From assembly GCA_964106915.2 (NCBI GenBank), contig OZ066927.1: a stretch of 64,000 nt of DNA, one strand, 5' to 3'. How positions within the stretch are numbered: position 1 is the stretch's first letter; each line of letters starts with the position of its first letter. The stretch comes from Podarcis gaigeae. Lineage: Eukaryota. Below, piece after piece: positions 1-12,350 of this stretch. The translations under genes were made by a program, and so were the position numbers. Under the pieces are notes generated by a model. The model did not search any database, was not told the DNA's origin, and worked only from the letters and a program-made list of their open reading frames with translations.

Positions 1-489
1 AGAGTGTGCCATCCTCCCTTTGCCTCAGTTCAAAGCCATCATCTTAAATGTAAGCTTTCAACTCCCATGGAGGTTCTGTGCGGACTCAGGCAAACTCACA
101 CATTGCAGTGGAAACCTAAACTGGAGGGAATGTGATCCTTTCAAAGGGTGGCTGTTGTTTTTTTGGTTCATATTTTCTTTTGGAAAGTGTGAATTAGGTG
201 GTTTTACCTTTAAATGCAAAGCGAATTGAATTGACTGAGATGAACTCTTAGTGTGTAAATGAATGCTGATGGTGCCAACGATGACGATGCCATTTTCCAG
301 ATTGGTGAGAGGCATTTGTAAATATGATTTCTGCACACTAGAGGTAGCAGCGTTGCTCTTGGTAAACTGTTGCTGTGACTTGTTGAGTGGTGAGGAGGAG
401 ACTGGTAGCAATGTTCCCAAACAAAAAATCAAATACCTGCTAACTCCATTTAACCAGTGAAGTACGGGGAGGGGGAAGTTTTTAATGTC

Positions 490-521
<32 letters not shown>

Positions 522-690
522 ATTATTATAGTGCCTGCTTAAAAAAAAACATTTTTGTTTAGGAAAGTCTATCCAGATATGTAGAATGTTGACATGTACT
601 CTAATCTCTTTTTCCCACAGCTTATTGCTGATCTTAATTATTTTTCAGTAACTGTTTCATTCTTTTTGTAAATGGATTACAAACTAGCCA

Positions 691-1030
691 TATATTTATT
701 CATTTATTAAATGCCTATACCACTATTCATCTGAGGATCAAAGGGTGGTTTACAATATAAAAACACAAAAATCCATAATATAGTAAGAAACCAAAATAAT
801 AGCCCCACCAACACCCAAAGCTTAAAAGGTCATTGATTGCTTAATTATCCAAAACCCTGGGAGAAGTGGAATGTTTTTGCCTGGCACCTAAAGATATGTA
901 ATGAAGGTGCCAGATGAAGCCTCCCTGGGGAGAGCATTCTAAAAATGGGAAGGCACCACAGAAAAGGCCTGTTCCTGTGTTGCCACACTCTGGACCGCTT
1001 GTGGAGGAGGCACACAAAGAAGGGCCTCAT
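691..1030 (-). mobile_element. L2-clade LINE 3' fragment (ORF2 C-terminus, 3' UTR, AT-rich tail)
   Basis: Minus-strand peptide ...LHLAPSLHIFRCQAKTFHFSQGF resembles the L2 ORF2 C-terminus; (ttta)-type tail near 691; related copies elsewhere in the window. Confidence 0.75.
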
Positions 1031-1500
1031 ATATCAATATTGGGGTGTGGTGTGGTGTGGGGGTGAGATATTAATAGGAACATGTCAATGACACATGTAC
1101 ACATGTGTATATCATGCCTTGCTCAACACATGCTAATACTTGTAGTATGATAATAGTTTAATATTCATATCATATTTATTTGAATGTTCTTGTAACATGT
1201 GCACACACAGACATTGCCCTACCACAGATTTGGACAGGCTGTTGTAGGTCATCTAGTGCAATCCCTGCTCAAGGCAGGCAATCGAGAAGAAGAACATCCC
1301 CAGCTGATGGGTGACGAAAGACATTCAACTATTGTACAAACAGATAAATAACTGAACGACAGAAATGCAATCACTGCCATAAAAGAGGTTAAGGAGTCCA
1401 TGGAGGGGGGTGGGGCAGGGCCAAGGAACAGCTGGGAGGGAGATACTAAACTACCACACTGTGAAAATGTGAAAAGATAAAATAATTCTATTATTACTAA

Positions 1501-1701
1501 TATAGTCATACCTCGGGTTGAAGTAGCTTCGGGATGAGTATTTCCGGGTTGTGCTCTGTGGCGACCCGGAAGTAATGGAGCATGTTACTTCTGGGTTTCA
1601 CCGCTCGCACATGCGCAGTTGCTCAAAATGATGTCATGTCCATGCACGGAAGCAGTGAATCGCGACCCGCGCATGTGCAGACGTGGGTTATGTTCGCTTC
1701 A
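1501..1701. mobile_element. Truncated Tc1/mariner (Tigger-like) MITE fragment
   Basis: Begins TA-tagtcatacctcgggtt, similar to the left end of the intact MITE at 48510; CpG-rich interior; no right TIR seen. Confidence 0.55.
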
Positions 1702-2191
1702 CATTGTTAATATGGTTTTAGTATGAAACACCCATTCTTGCAAGCAAGTTTTTCAAATGACATGCATTTTACCAAGACTTGTGCCAACTTCTTCATGCAC
1801 CCTTTCCCCTAAAATTCAGAGGTAGGGGAAGCTTTTTCATTCCAAGGGCCACATTTGCTTCTGGGCAACCTTCCTAGAGTCATTTGCCAGTGATGGGAAG
1901 GGCATATCCGCCAATATGAAACAGCCCCAAACCAGGACCCATCTTCTGGGGTAGCACTCCCATGTAAGCCCTCAAAAAAGCACTTTTTTTCAATGAGAGA
2001 ATGCCCCCACCCCCAAAAAAAACACCCATATGAGATTGTGGTGGCCATTTTGGCTGCCGTCCTATTGTGATAAAAATGGAAAGTCCATTCCCCACCACCA
2101 CCAATAAAATTTGGCAGGTATGTCAGGGCCAGAAGCAAGTGGGTGAAGCAATATGTGGAAATGTTGCCTTTGTACAGTAGGTTAGCTTCTA

Positions 2192-2912
2192 AAGGTAAAA
2201 AGGTAAAGGGCCCCTGGACAGTTAAGTCCAGTCAAAGGCACGTATGGGGTTGTGACGCTCATCTCACTTTCAGGCTGAGGGAGCTGGCGTTTGTCCACAG
2301 ACAGCTTTCTGGGTCACATGGCCAGCATGACTAAACCCCTTCTCGAGCAACAGAATCACAGTGATGGAAACCAGAGTACATGAAAATGTTGTTTACCTTC
2401 CTGCCACATCAGTACCTATTTATCTACTTGCACTGGCATGCTTTCAAACTGCTAAGTTGGCAGGAGCTGGGACAGAGTAACAGGAGCTCACCCCATCTCA
2501 GGGATTCGAACCACCAACCTTCTGAATGGCAAGCCCAAGAGGCTCAGTGGTTTAGACCAGTGTTTTTCAACCTTTTTTGGGCAAAGGCACCCTTGTTTCA
2601 TGAAAAAAGTCACGAGGCACACCACCATTAGAAAATGTTTAAAAATTTAACTCTGTGCCTATATTGACTATATATAAAGTAATTCTCTTGAATATGAATC
2701 AAATAAACACAAAGAAAGTATTTTATAATTACTTTATTATGAAATAGTAAGTAAACAGAAATATGAAAAATTATAAAATACTTTATTTTTAAATCTTTCG
2801 CATTTTTCAATTTTTCCCACGGCACACCAGGCAACATCTCGTGGCACACTAGTGTGCCGCGGAACAGTGGTTAAAAAACACTGGTTTAGACCACAGCGCC
2901 ACCCGCATCCCT
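2192..2912 (-). mobile_element. Sauria SINE, full length, interrupted by a hAT MITE
   Basis: (aaaggt)n tail at the left end, tRNA-like head at the right end, 11-bp TSD gttagcttcta at 2181-2191 and 2913-2923. Confidence 0.93.
2558..2883. mobile_element. Non-autonomous hAT (Charlie-like) MITE nested in the Sauria SINE
   Basis: TIRs cagtgtttttcaacc / ggttaaaaaacactg; perfect 8-bp TSD gtttagac at 2550-2557 and 2884-2891. Confidence 0.93.
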
Positions 2913-3053
2913 GTTAGCTTCTACATACACTTAGGTACACCCCTCTATCCTCTATCCAGAAAAGCACATTTCAGATGAAACTTATTCTACTGATACATTC
3001 CAGAGCAGCACCAAATCTGTCTCTCTTGATGCATGTCCCTTCTCCTGTTTCTT

Positions 3054-3524
3054 TTCTTTTTTTTTAATTCTTTTTATTAAGTTTCATTTGCAATACACAC
3101 AACAAAAGAACAGTTAAAGAAAAAATACAACTACTCATAAAACGAAAAAACAAAACAAAGAAGGAAAAAGTGCCTAAAACAAAAAAGAGAGAAAAAAACT
3201 AATACATACACCGACTGACTTCCTTCCCTGCTGATTTCAGGTTTCTAATTTTAAAAACTTCGTTTTTTACAGCTGGTATTGGTTATTAGTTTATACATCG
3301 AAAGTTTTATAACAGACCTGCTATAGTTGGTAGGTTTCTATAATTACCTTCAATATAGACCATGAATTTATTCCAATCATCATTTAACTTTGTATTTTTT
3401 TGATTTCTAATTCTTTGCGTCATTTTTGCCAATTCGACAAATTCAAATAATTTTGTTTGCCAATCCCTCACCATTGGTATGTTTGTGCTTTTCCAGTTTT
3501 GTGCGATTAGCATTCTGGCCGCTG
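3054..3524 (-). mobile_element. 5'-truncated L1-clade LINE (ORF2 C-terminus, 3' UTR, poly-A)
   Basis: Peptide TAAARMLIAQNWKSTNIP...DWQTKL...WNKF is homologous to the copy at 42503; poly-T at the left end; 9-bp TSD ctgtttctt at 3045-3053 and 3525-3533. Confidence 0.85.
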
Positions 3525-3924
3525 CTGTTTCTTGTTTCTGGTGAATGAAGAAGTCCAAACATGAATCTGAAGCTTTGCAACTTTCTTTTAGAAAGTTAGA
3601 ATTATTATTTTAAATTGAAACATCCCAGAGTATAATTAAAGTGGCTCTGTGAGGCGCCATTTCATATAAATGGATATTTGTTCCAGACCACTGATCAGTG
3701 CAGCACACAGATAATTGATGTTACCCATGTTGTGGAGAAAACATGTACTATTCCTGACACCAAATGAAAGAAAGCTTTGTTCATAATTTGTGCAAACTTG
3801 CTACATCTTCCTTTTTCTAAGCACAATAAATGTTTGCTTTAAACAGTTTGCTTACCAAACAATATGAGGGACTGACCGAGGATGGGGAGAGTTCAATGTT
3901 CTCCCATGTCCTGGTTGGACCATG

Positions 3925-4607
3925 CAGGTCTGTCTTTAGCATATGCGCCGCCGGGGTGCAAAAATCCACCCAGCACCCCCAAATTTAGTTTAGCCCCCAA
4001 ATCTTCCTCCTGAAGCCTCACAGGCAAAGCTTGAGAGAACTTTTCTCCCTCCTCCTTTTGCTTTCTAAAAGACTCTCATTCCACAAGAGAGAAGTGGGGA
4101 CTGTGTTTCGGGCAAACTGTTCTCTCGGCTGGTCAAGCCCCCCGAAGGAGCTTCCAAACGCCACCTCCACCCTCACCCAAGACACAAAAGAGCCCTTTAT
4201 TACCACCAGCACGAGCCACCACCGCCTCCTGTGAAGGCGAACCGCTAGAATTGGGCCCCTTGGGGGGAGGAGGCAGGGAGCCCCCACCTGCAGCCTGCTC
4301 AGCGGGGCCGGTGGAGGGAAGCAGGGTCTTGAAGACGGCAGAGCAGGACTGGGAAGGACCTGCTCACAAGCCTGTGGAACAGCCAGGGTCCCCTGGGTGC
4401 AGCCACATGGCCACAGCCCAGATACTGCCATCGGCGCATGCCCCTCCCCGGCCCCATGGCGCCTTCACACGAGACGCCTCAGATTATTTCATAACAGGTA
4501 GATAGTTAAGAGTTTAGGCGGCTTCAGCGGCAGTTGCCTGGCGCCCCCCAGAATTCAGCACCTGGATGCCCCACACCCCTTGCACCCCCCGGGTAAAGAC
4601 GGCCCTG
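3925..4607. mobile_element. Non-autonomous hAT MITE with GC-rich interior
   Basis: TIRs caggtctgtcttta / taaagacggccctg (12/14 match); perfect 8-bp TSD ggaccatg at 3917-3924 and 4608-4615. Confidence 0.9.
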
Positions 4608-6079
4608 GGACCATGATCTGTTTAAGTTTGGACTGGCAATGGCAATCTCAGCTCCTGTAAGGTTGATGGGGCTATTCAGTTGGCCTACCCTCAAAGACTG
4701 ATGGCACTTAGTGTGTTATTGAATGCTGTGAAGGGTTTTCCAGTAGAGAAAGCTGGTGATCATGTTGAAGTCCTGGTTTCTCTGTAGAATGGCAAAATTA
4801 AATGGGTGGTTGCCATGGTCAAGAAGGCAATCAATAAATCAAAGATGTTATCATCATCATCATCATCACCATTTGGTTTTCTTATTTTTTCCTATTATAT
4901 TTGCAAATAAACTAAATAATAAAACAGAATTTGCATGAAGCTCAAATGCTTATTCAGAATTTAATGACAGGCTTTTATTATGTATATGGCTAGAAACAAA
5001 AATAGAGGATTCCCCCACAAAACTTTTTGGCTGATGTAAACAGTCTGGAATAAGAACTTACGTTATTTAGCTGTAATTTTGTATATATTGCTTAAACACA
5101 AGTGTCTGGATTAGGTTAGGTCATTTTATTGTGCATCTGCACATTGTTATAAGTAGAAAAAAAATTAAACCAAATATTAATAATAATTAAACATCATAAA
5201 AAATTAAAAATATATGTAATACAGGGTTTTTATTATATGCACTGTTCACATGGGATTTCTTGTATGATCGAATATATTCCCATTTATTTTAAATCCCTTT
5301 TACCTGAATTAAACTGAAGTGTTTAAGGGAACAGAATGATAAATAGATGGGGAATAATCCCAGGAAACAAAATAGTCCTATGTAAATATAACACCCATTA
5401 GCACTTTGCTGAGAACTGTCCCACCCTTTAAAAAGCACAGATAGATTGGCTCCCAACCTTTAATCCAGTTCAAGTTAGGGTGCTGTAGGTCCTGTTCAAT
5501 TATGCAAAGGAGGAATGGCGTGCTGTTCGTGAAGTTTCATTCCCAGATAGCCACGGATAACACACACGGTAATACATGAGCCCTAGGCAGGTATATTAAT
5601 CTCCTTAGCTACTGCTCCAGAAATGAAATGTCAGCTATAGCAACTCATTCTTCATCCCCCTTTTCCCCCAGTGCAGCTTTTCAATCACATTCCATCTGCT
5701 ACAGATTCTGATAGTCAAACAGGTCAGGAGGAAGACTGGGTCTCTGTGCCTCTCAAACATTCCCTAACCAGGAGCTCACAATGCAAAGTTGTCTTAGCAA
5801 ACCTGTTTGGGCTTCTTTTGAAGTTCATCAGGCATTTTCGTTATGATGGAATCCCTAAATCCACTTTGAATTTCGTTTTAGCTGAAAATCTGCCAACAGC
5901 TCTTGCCTCCAGCTATGCTTCCTCCAGCCCATCTTATGTGTGAGGTATTTGCTTTTGTTTGCTATACCTTCTCTCACACAATACAGGATGGAGAGATAGT
6001 TCTGCTTTTATACCTGAGGACTTGAAAGAGGTTAATGTAACACATTTTCTAAAACAAACAAACAGCAAGCATTCAGGAC

Positions 6080-6780
6080 GGGATGTGCAGTCCTGGAAAT
6101 TGTAGTCCAGTTGGCTTAATGTCTATTCTTGTGAAACTGGTAGAAAGCATTGTTGGAGATAGAATTACCAAGCAAATAGAAGAACAAGTCTTGCTGCAGC
6201 AGAACCAGCATGGCTGCTGCAAGCACAAGTCCCAACTCACTAACCTTCCAGAGTTATTTAAGGGTGCCAACAACCATAAAGAAGTGGTGCTGTTAACACT
6301 GTGTACTTAGACTTTCAAAAAGCTTTTGATAAAGTACCTCAACCAAAGGCAGTGTGGTGTAAGGGTTAGAATGTTGGACTTGAACCTGGAAGAACAAGGT
6401 TCCAATCCCCACTCAGCCATAAAGCTTGTTGGGTTATATTGAGCTTGTCAGCCTAACCTTCCTTTCAGGGTTGTTGTGGAGATAAAATGAGGAGGCGGGA
6501 GAACCATGTATACCACTATACCACTTTGAAATCCTTGGAGAAAAAAGTGGGATAGAAATGCGAGGAGGAGGAAGAACCTGAGTAAGATTAGCAGTAATGG
6601 AATTAGAGGAGAGGTCCTCTTTTTAATCACTAACTGGTCAAGAAACCAGAAGCAGAATAAATTGACAGTTTTCATGATGGAGGAATGTACAATGAGGGGT
6701 GGTTTGGGGACCTGTGCTTTTTAACTTGTTAAGTAGTTATATTGAGTTAGTGGTGAGCAGTGAGGGAGTCAAGTTTAGTA
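6080..6780 (+). mobile_element. CR1 LINE reverse-transcriptase fragment, decayed and split by a SINE
   Basis: PGNCSPVGLMSILVKLVESIV...NQHGCCKHKSQLTNL then VYLDFQKAFDKVP, resuming after 6577 with LSKISSNGIRGEVL...GPVLFNL; these are CR1 RT motifs, with frameshifts. Confidence 0.9.
6348..6576 (+). mobile_element. tRNA-derived CORE/MIR-like SINE inserted in CR1
   Basis: A-box-like gtggtgtaagggttaga, B-box-like ggttccaatccc, CORE-like cagcctaacct...cagggttgttgtg; interrupts the CR1 RT. Confidence 0.8.
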
Positions 6781-6867
6781 CCATGGTCTGATCATGTTAT
6801 TGTGTTGGTGAATATTTCTAGGGCAGGAGGACTGAAATTCTCCAAGATTTCAAGAGAAGTAAATGTT

Positions 6868-6900
<33 letters not shown>

Positions 6901-7254
6901 GGGAGGGAGGGAGGGAGGGAGGGAGATAAATTTTGGCTCACGGAATGTGAAATGATATTCTCTTGTTAGGTTTTCCCTTGGTGGGTGAAAGAAGCAATGG
7001 GCAATGAATGGAGGACAGGAAGGAGCAGGGGTCAACCACATTGCTTCCTTCAACATTGTTAAATAATATTAAAATTAGATCCATAGTTGCATCGAAAAAT
7101 GGGGAGGCCATTTAGCTAAATATGCACCACAGGAGTGCTGAAATTCTCTAAAAGTTTGAGAAGGTTGAAAATTTTAGAAAACAACTCTCAGAACTGTAGT
7201 TTCAGGGATGGGGAAGACCAGCCCTTAAAAGAACTGCATGTAAAGATTAAGTGT

Positions 7255-7555
7255 AGGCAGAGGTGACTCATCCTCACTGGGACCATTAATGCAGGAGGCA
7301 GGAAGCCCAAATAGTAGGTGGTGCCAGAGCCAATGACAGCCAGAGCCAACTCATCCTAGTTTTGTTCCCATCCTCCTCCTTGCTCCATTCTACAAGGGGA
7401 ACACTGATGCTAAAGAGAAGGAAGCTGATGGGCAGTGTCACTTCCGGGACTCATTGTTCAGTAAGAAGGTGGGCAGGTGGGGGATGGCTCAGGGCAGACT
7501 GAGGTTGGTGTGGCAGTGTCTACCCTACACTACCCTAATGGAGCAGCCTACACCA
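7255..7555. mobile_element. Old interspersed repeat, probably a non-autonomous DNA transposon; inverted relative of 21613-21872
   Basis: agtaggtggtgccagagccaatgacagccagagccaactcatcctagtttt is the near reverse complement of about 21781-21832. Confidence 0.6.
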
Positions 7556-7689
7556 AGCATACCACACTAGCTTTGTTGAAGGTGGTAGGGTAATAATGAA
7601 CCATAAACCTGCTCTCTACCCTTCCCTCCAGCAGCCAAATACCTTGGTTTTTCACTTCAGCTTTGTCAATCATCCTCAATATTTGTTGC

Positions 7690-8460
7690 TGATAGCATCA
7701 GAAAACCAATTGTGCAACTCCTGCAATGCATTATGTGGGGGAATCCTTGGCTAGTGTTATATAACTACTATCCAGGAGACTATCTGGTTTACTTTTGCTA
7801 TCAGCAAAATGAATAATTTATCGCTTTTTCCTTTTATGCTTGAAACTCCTGGCCAAGCTATTATTTGATTTCATGGGGCTCTCGCTGAATCCATCTGGCT
7901 CCCCCATAATTTATAAAGCGATAGCTCAAAGAATAGAAAGGACACTTTTCAAAGCTGGTAGGAAGATTCTTCCATCAGCAAATTTCATCCTAGGCAATTA
8001 AGTCACCAGAGACTAAAATACCCTCGGATCAGTGAGAGATTTCAGACCCGATATCTGAGAGAAGCCCCCCCCCCCGCTCCCCCAAACAATACACACCTTG
8101 ACTGCAAGAAACTTTAAGAACAACTTCAAGCTTCCTCAAGCTTCTTCTAGAATCACTGGCTTAGGGCCCACACAAAACTTTATTTTCTCCAAAAACTTTT
8201 GCAATGCGTCATGTGTGTCAAAATCAACCCAGTTGTAAAATATTGTTGAATGCCCATTTGGTTTCCTAGGAGTATGACCTGGTAAAATATAGTTTCCTCC
8301 ATTTCCTCCAGGGACAGCTGAATGTTCTCTCCTGAGTAGCGATGTCAGAGAATTCTGACAAAGATTGAAGCGGGCACAGAAATTGCCAATGTTCACTTAT
8401 TTGTCCCATGTCAAAAACATAAATCAGTCCAGTGAATGCAATCATTATTCACTGTTGTTT
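7690..8460. promoter_or_regulatory. Candidate conserved non-coding element/enhancer
   Basis: Repeat-free complex sequence; PBX-HOX-type site (TGATTTATG, minus strand, 8418-8426) beside TGACA (8409-8413); inverted TGACA pair at 8343-8360. Conservation not verified. Confidence 0.35.
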
Positions 8461-9429
8461 TCATTCTATAAACAGTAATTGATTATGTGTGCACATTTGC
8501 ATTGTTTCCTTTGCACTGAAATGAATGGGTTGGAATAATGTGATTTGTGTAATTTCACCACAGCAGAATGCAAGGTGAGCAATGTAGTTTTGGGTGGAAG
8601 GTGAACTTCAGTGGAATGGAAACAGTGCTGCATGTGACGAATACAGGGCAAAATGGAAAACAGCACCATCTCACATCCCTACTGATGAGACAAAAATAAG
8701 AAACTCCATGCACAAAACATATATACCAATGAGCATTTTTCATAACACTTTATCTGGCTTGCTATTTTTTCTATGAGAGAAGGGATTGGTCCCCGTGTGG
8801 CAAAGCAGACCAACATGAAACTGCCCATCTGGATCACACTCTGGATTCTGCTGAATGTGTAGAACAAGTTTACCATACTTAAAATGTACAATATTAATAG
8901 CATGTTGATATTATTTAATTCCTTCCTAGTACTGTGCAATTGTTTAAAGGAAAAAAAAAAACAAATGGAAAAGCAATATGGATAGGATTTTTATGAAGGC
9001 AATAATGGGGAACCTTGGACCCTGGGGCTGATTATGGTCCACCAGGTCTCCCTAGCTGGTTGATCAACCCTCCCCAAGCTACATGTCCTGCTTTGCACCC
9101 CCTTGAGTGTTTTTGCCTAGTATAAGAGCTTCTATCCACCTGCTTTTAACAATTGTACCACACTGTCTAAGGCATGGGCAGTGTCAAGAAGCAGTGTCTA
9201 GGGCAGACCAGGTGGGTAAGAGGGACAGAGGATATCAAAATAGTCCAAGGTCTCACCCCTGTGTCCAAAAGTGAGGAATGAGCAGAATCCTCAAGAGAAA
9301 ATGTAGGTCATGCCAGCCAAAGGATCAGACCAGATGATCCAAAGCCAGAGTGAGTAGAGTTGCCAGGTGGGAGCAGAGGCAAGAAAAGCAGGAAAATAAG
9401 AAAATTAATCTGAAGGAATCAGACAAATG

Positions 9430-9600
9430 GAAGGTTCAAATACCATTAGTCTCTGTAGCTCAATATTGTCCACACTAGCAGCAGCTCTCCAGGATTTCAG
9501 AAAGGGGATTTTCCTAGCCCAATCTGGAGATACTGCTGATGGAATCCAAGACCTTTTTGCAGGGAAATAAGATGCCACTGAGCTATGACCCTTCCCCTAT
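9430..9600 (-). mobile_element. Degenerate tRNA-derived SINE with CR1-type tail
   Basis: Reverse-complement similarity to the copy at 38085-38274 (gcagcagctctccagg..., ccactgagctat). Confidence 0.6.
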
Positions 9601-10009
9601 GACCCTTCCATAGCAGAACAGTGCTATTCACACCAGAAATCAAAGGTTCTGGACAGTATCACTCACCCTCCTCATAACTCTAGTATATGTACTATGCTAG
9701 ATAGAAGGTTTCCCCCTTTGGCCTACTGTGGATTTGTTTCCAAAGATGTTATCAACTTATCAAACCAATTTGCGGCTTTTGCACTCAACCTCTGTCATCA
9801 AGGCAGTGTAGCAATGAGCTGCAACTAAGAGTATCTTAGCACTCCTGTTGGATCAATAAATACACAGTTCTGCAGATCCAATCCTTCACTAAAGCCATTG
9901 CACAGTCATTAAAACCTTTGCAATAACTTCCCCATAGGCAGGAATAAAGATGAATTTTACTAAACTGTCTTTAACACACACACACACACACACTTTAAAA
10001 TTTATGGTT

Positions 10010-10350
10010 GTTATTTTTATATTTGTTAGTGACTTTTCTCACTGAGTAATCCAAAGTGACTTACATTAAATGCAGTTTAAAACAAACAAGTTTTTTTTTA
10101 AAAAAACCAACACCTTAAAAACATAGATATACATGTAAAAGGTAGGATTGACACCACATTGAAAGAGGCCACCATGCTGCCCTTCATATTAAGAGTTTCC
10201 CCCCCAAGCCCTAGTATAGAGAAAAGTCTTTGCCTGGTGTAAGACAGAGATCACAATAGGCACCCCCCCCCCCTGGGGAGAGTATTTCACAAATGGGGGG
10301 CACGTCACTGAAAGGGTCGTTCTTGTGTTGCCACTATCCAAATATTCCAT
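10010..10350 (-). mobile_element. L2 LINE 3' fragment
   Basis: tttgcctggtgtaa...ccctggggagagtatttcacaaatggggggcac...gttcttgtgttgccac parallels the copy at 691-1030. Confidence 0.65.
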
Positions 10351-10544
10351 GACTTGATGGGAAAAGATGTAGGTGTGGAAGAAACCATGCTTCAGAGTGT
10401 CCATATTTTCAAAAAAGAGACAAACTTTCCCTGCTACAAACTGAATACAATATTATAACACATTTCTAAAATCATGTCTGCCAGGGGCAGACCAAGACAT
10501 TTTGCTGCCTGAGATAGATTAGCCACCTCACTGTGTGTCCTTAA

Positions 10545-10660
10545 GCCAATCATTACCTCTCAGCTTAACCTATCTCACAGGGTTGTGGTGAAGATACCCA
10601 CAGGGAGGGAGGGGCATGTATCTCACACTTAGCTCCTGGAGAGAGGGTAGGAAACAAATG
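10545..10660 (+). mobile_element. CORE/MIR-like SINE 3' half
   Basis: ctcagcttaacctatctcacagggttgtggtgaagata matches the core of 6348-6576. Confidence 0.65.
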
Positions 10661-10949
10661 TTACAGAACACACCGCCAACTCCTTCTTTCCTCAAAGCAT
10701 CTGGGAGCAGGGCATTTCCGCATGAGGCTGAGAAATACAATTTTCTAGTGTAGAAAAGTGTACACCTAGTGTAGGGCACTAAGGTTTGTGCAACTCATAG
10801 TCACAGGTTTCCCATCCCTCTGCTTCTCATGTAGATAAGCGGGCAGTCTTTAGCGTGGGTGTGAGGTAAGGAGTTCAGCTTGATATTGGGCAGTTTTATT
10901 AACAGTATTACATTGCTGAGTAACACAAACAACCCTTCCCCTAAGACTG

Positions 10950-11245
10950 CAAGAAGAGTCCTGCTGGATCAAGCTAGAAGACTCATCTAGTCCAGCATCC
11001 TAATCTCACAGTAAACCACCAGATGCCTCTTCTAGGAAGCCCCAAAGCAAGACCTGAGCACAACAGAAATTCTCCCCACTTGTGATTCCCAGCGTATTGC
11101 TGCAGACACCAAAGGTAAAAAGTCAACTTGCTTTTCAATAGTTTGTCTAAAACTCTTTCAGAGATGTCCAAATTGGTGGGCACTACTACATCTTGTGAAA
11201 TCAAATTCCATTGTTTATCTCAGTGCTGTGTGAAAAAGTACCAGA
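10950..11245 (-). mobile_element. CR1 LINE 3' end (ORF2 C-terminus and 3' UTR)
   Basis: Peptide QDVVVPTNLDISERVLDK resembles the CR1 ORF2 C-terminus; 3' UTR motif ggatgctggactagatg...tgatccagcagg on the minus strand. Confidence 0.8.
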
Positions 11246-11277
11246 TGTTTCTTGTGGTTCATCAACACTCATGATAC

Positions 11278-11791
11278 GGGCTGCATTCACACAGCAGTTT
11301 GTTCCATTTCCCTGAGGTATCCCTAACTGATAAACTTCCACATTATATTTGGGGCTTCACCTAACATAAAAGCCACTTCCTGAAATCTAGTGGAATATAG
11401 TGGAAGTTCAGCACTCATTTCTGTGTTAACTAGTTACAGGAAAAAAAGCATTTGCAAGCCCATTAACTCAGGAAATTATGGGAGTGAAGTGATGGCAGTT
11501 TGGGGTGGTATCATAGCATACAGTTCTTTCCTACCATTTTCATGGGTGAATCATGGGGGGACAGTAGCATACATACACAGAAGGGTAGCAATGTTGTCCA
11601 ATGATGTTTGCTTATGTATCATACCATGGCCCACTGGTGCAAATGAAATTTAGCATGACATACCAGTATACTGGTCAAAAAGTCACACAAAAGTAACAGG
11701 TACTGCAGTTTGAAAGAAATGTTGGGGGGAAAGGACAGAAGAGCTAGCTTTATAATCAGGAAAACAATGTTCCCCATGCCTGAATACACCC
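11278..11791. mobile_element. Old non-autonomous DNA transposon with Harbinger-like termini
   Basis: Ends gggctgcattca / tgaatacaccc; interior homologous to about 19292-19712 and 34420-34530. Confidence 0.6.
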
Positions 11792-11799
11792 ACATATTA

Positions 11800-12350
11800 A
11801 AATTCACACAGGAGCTTGAAACCACTATCGTAGAGAACAGCGATTTGCAAACACTCTTGACTGATTTAATATGCTTTTATACAGGAAACATCACACTTTT
11901 TTCTTTTAAAGCACAGTTCAAAAGTTGACACGAGGAGACTCTTTCCTCCCTTATCAATAGTGACTCCTAAATTCAGTGATTTCCCTGGAAATGTCCCAGT
12001 TTATGTCAACTAGCAATTTCACCACCCATAGGCAGGATAATAGGGTTCCTCGGAGCCATAGGATAATCTCTCTTTAGCAAACCGTGTCTCCCACTTTAAA
12101 GAAAACTTTGATTACACAATGGGATCTTGCACGCTTGACAGAAATTCCCACTTCATGTCCCAGAAGCCCTTTCTGAGAGGCTCAATGAAAAGCATCAGCT
12201 TTTAGGGCAGACTGAGGTCAGCAAAACCCGAAGGTCACAGGTCATTAATATCAAATATAGCAAAAATATATGGCAAAGGGATATCAAACCAGGTTCACGC
12301 TCCTATACATCAGCCAGTGAACCACTGAAATAGTCAAACATTTGGAAAAA
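11800..12350. promoter_or_regulatory. Candidate conserved non-coding element
   Basis: Repeat-free block with retained CpGs, an AGGTCA-c-AGGTCA-type direct repeat (aaggtcacaggtca, about 12231-12244) and TGATTTAAT. Conservation not verified. Confidence 0.35.

Noticed and set aside
58-432. 124-aa minus-strand ORF at the window start
   Set aside because: No recognisable domain, and it runs into an old repeat at about 140-240; an exon cannot be fully excluded but is unsupported.
4018-4505. Overlapping GC-rich ORFs suggesting a CpG-island promoter or exon
   Set aside because: Entirely inside the TSD-flanked hAT MITE at 3925-4607.
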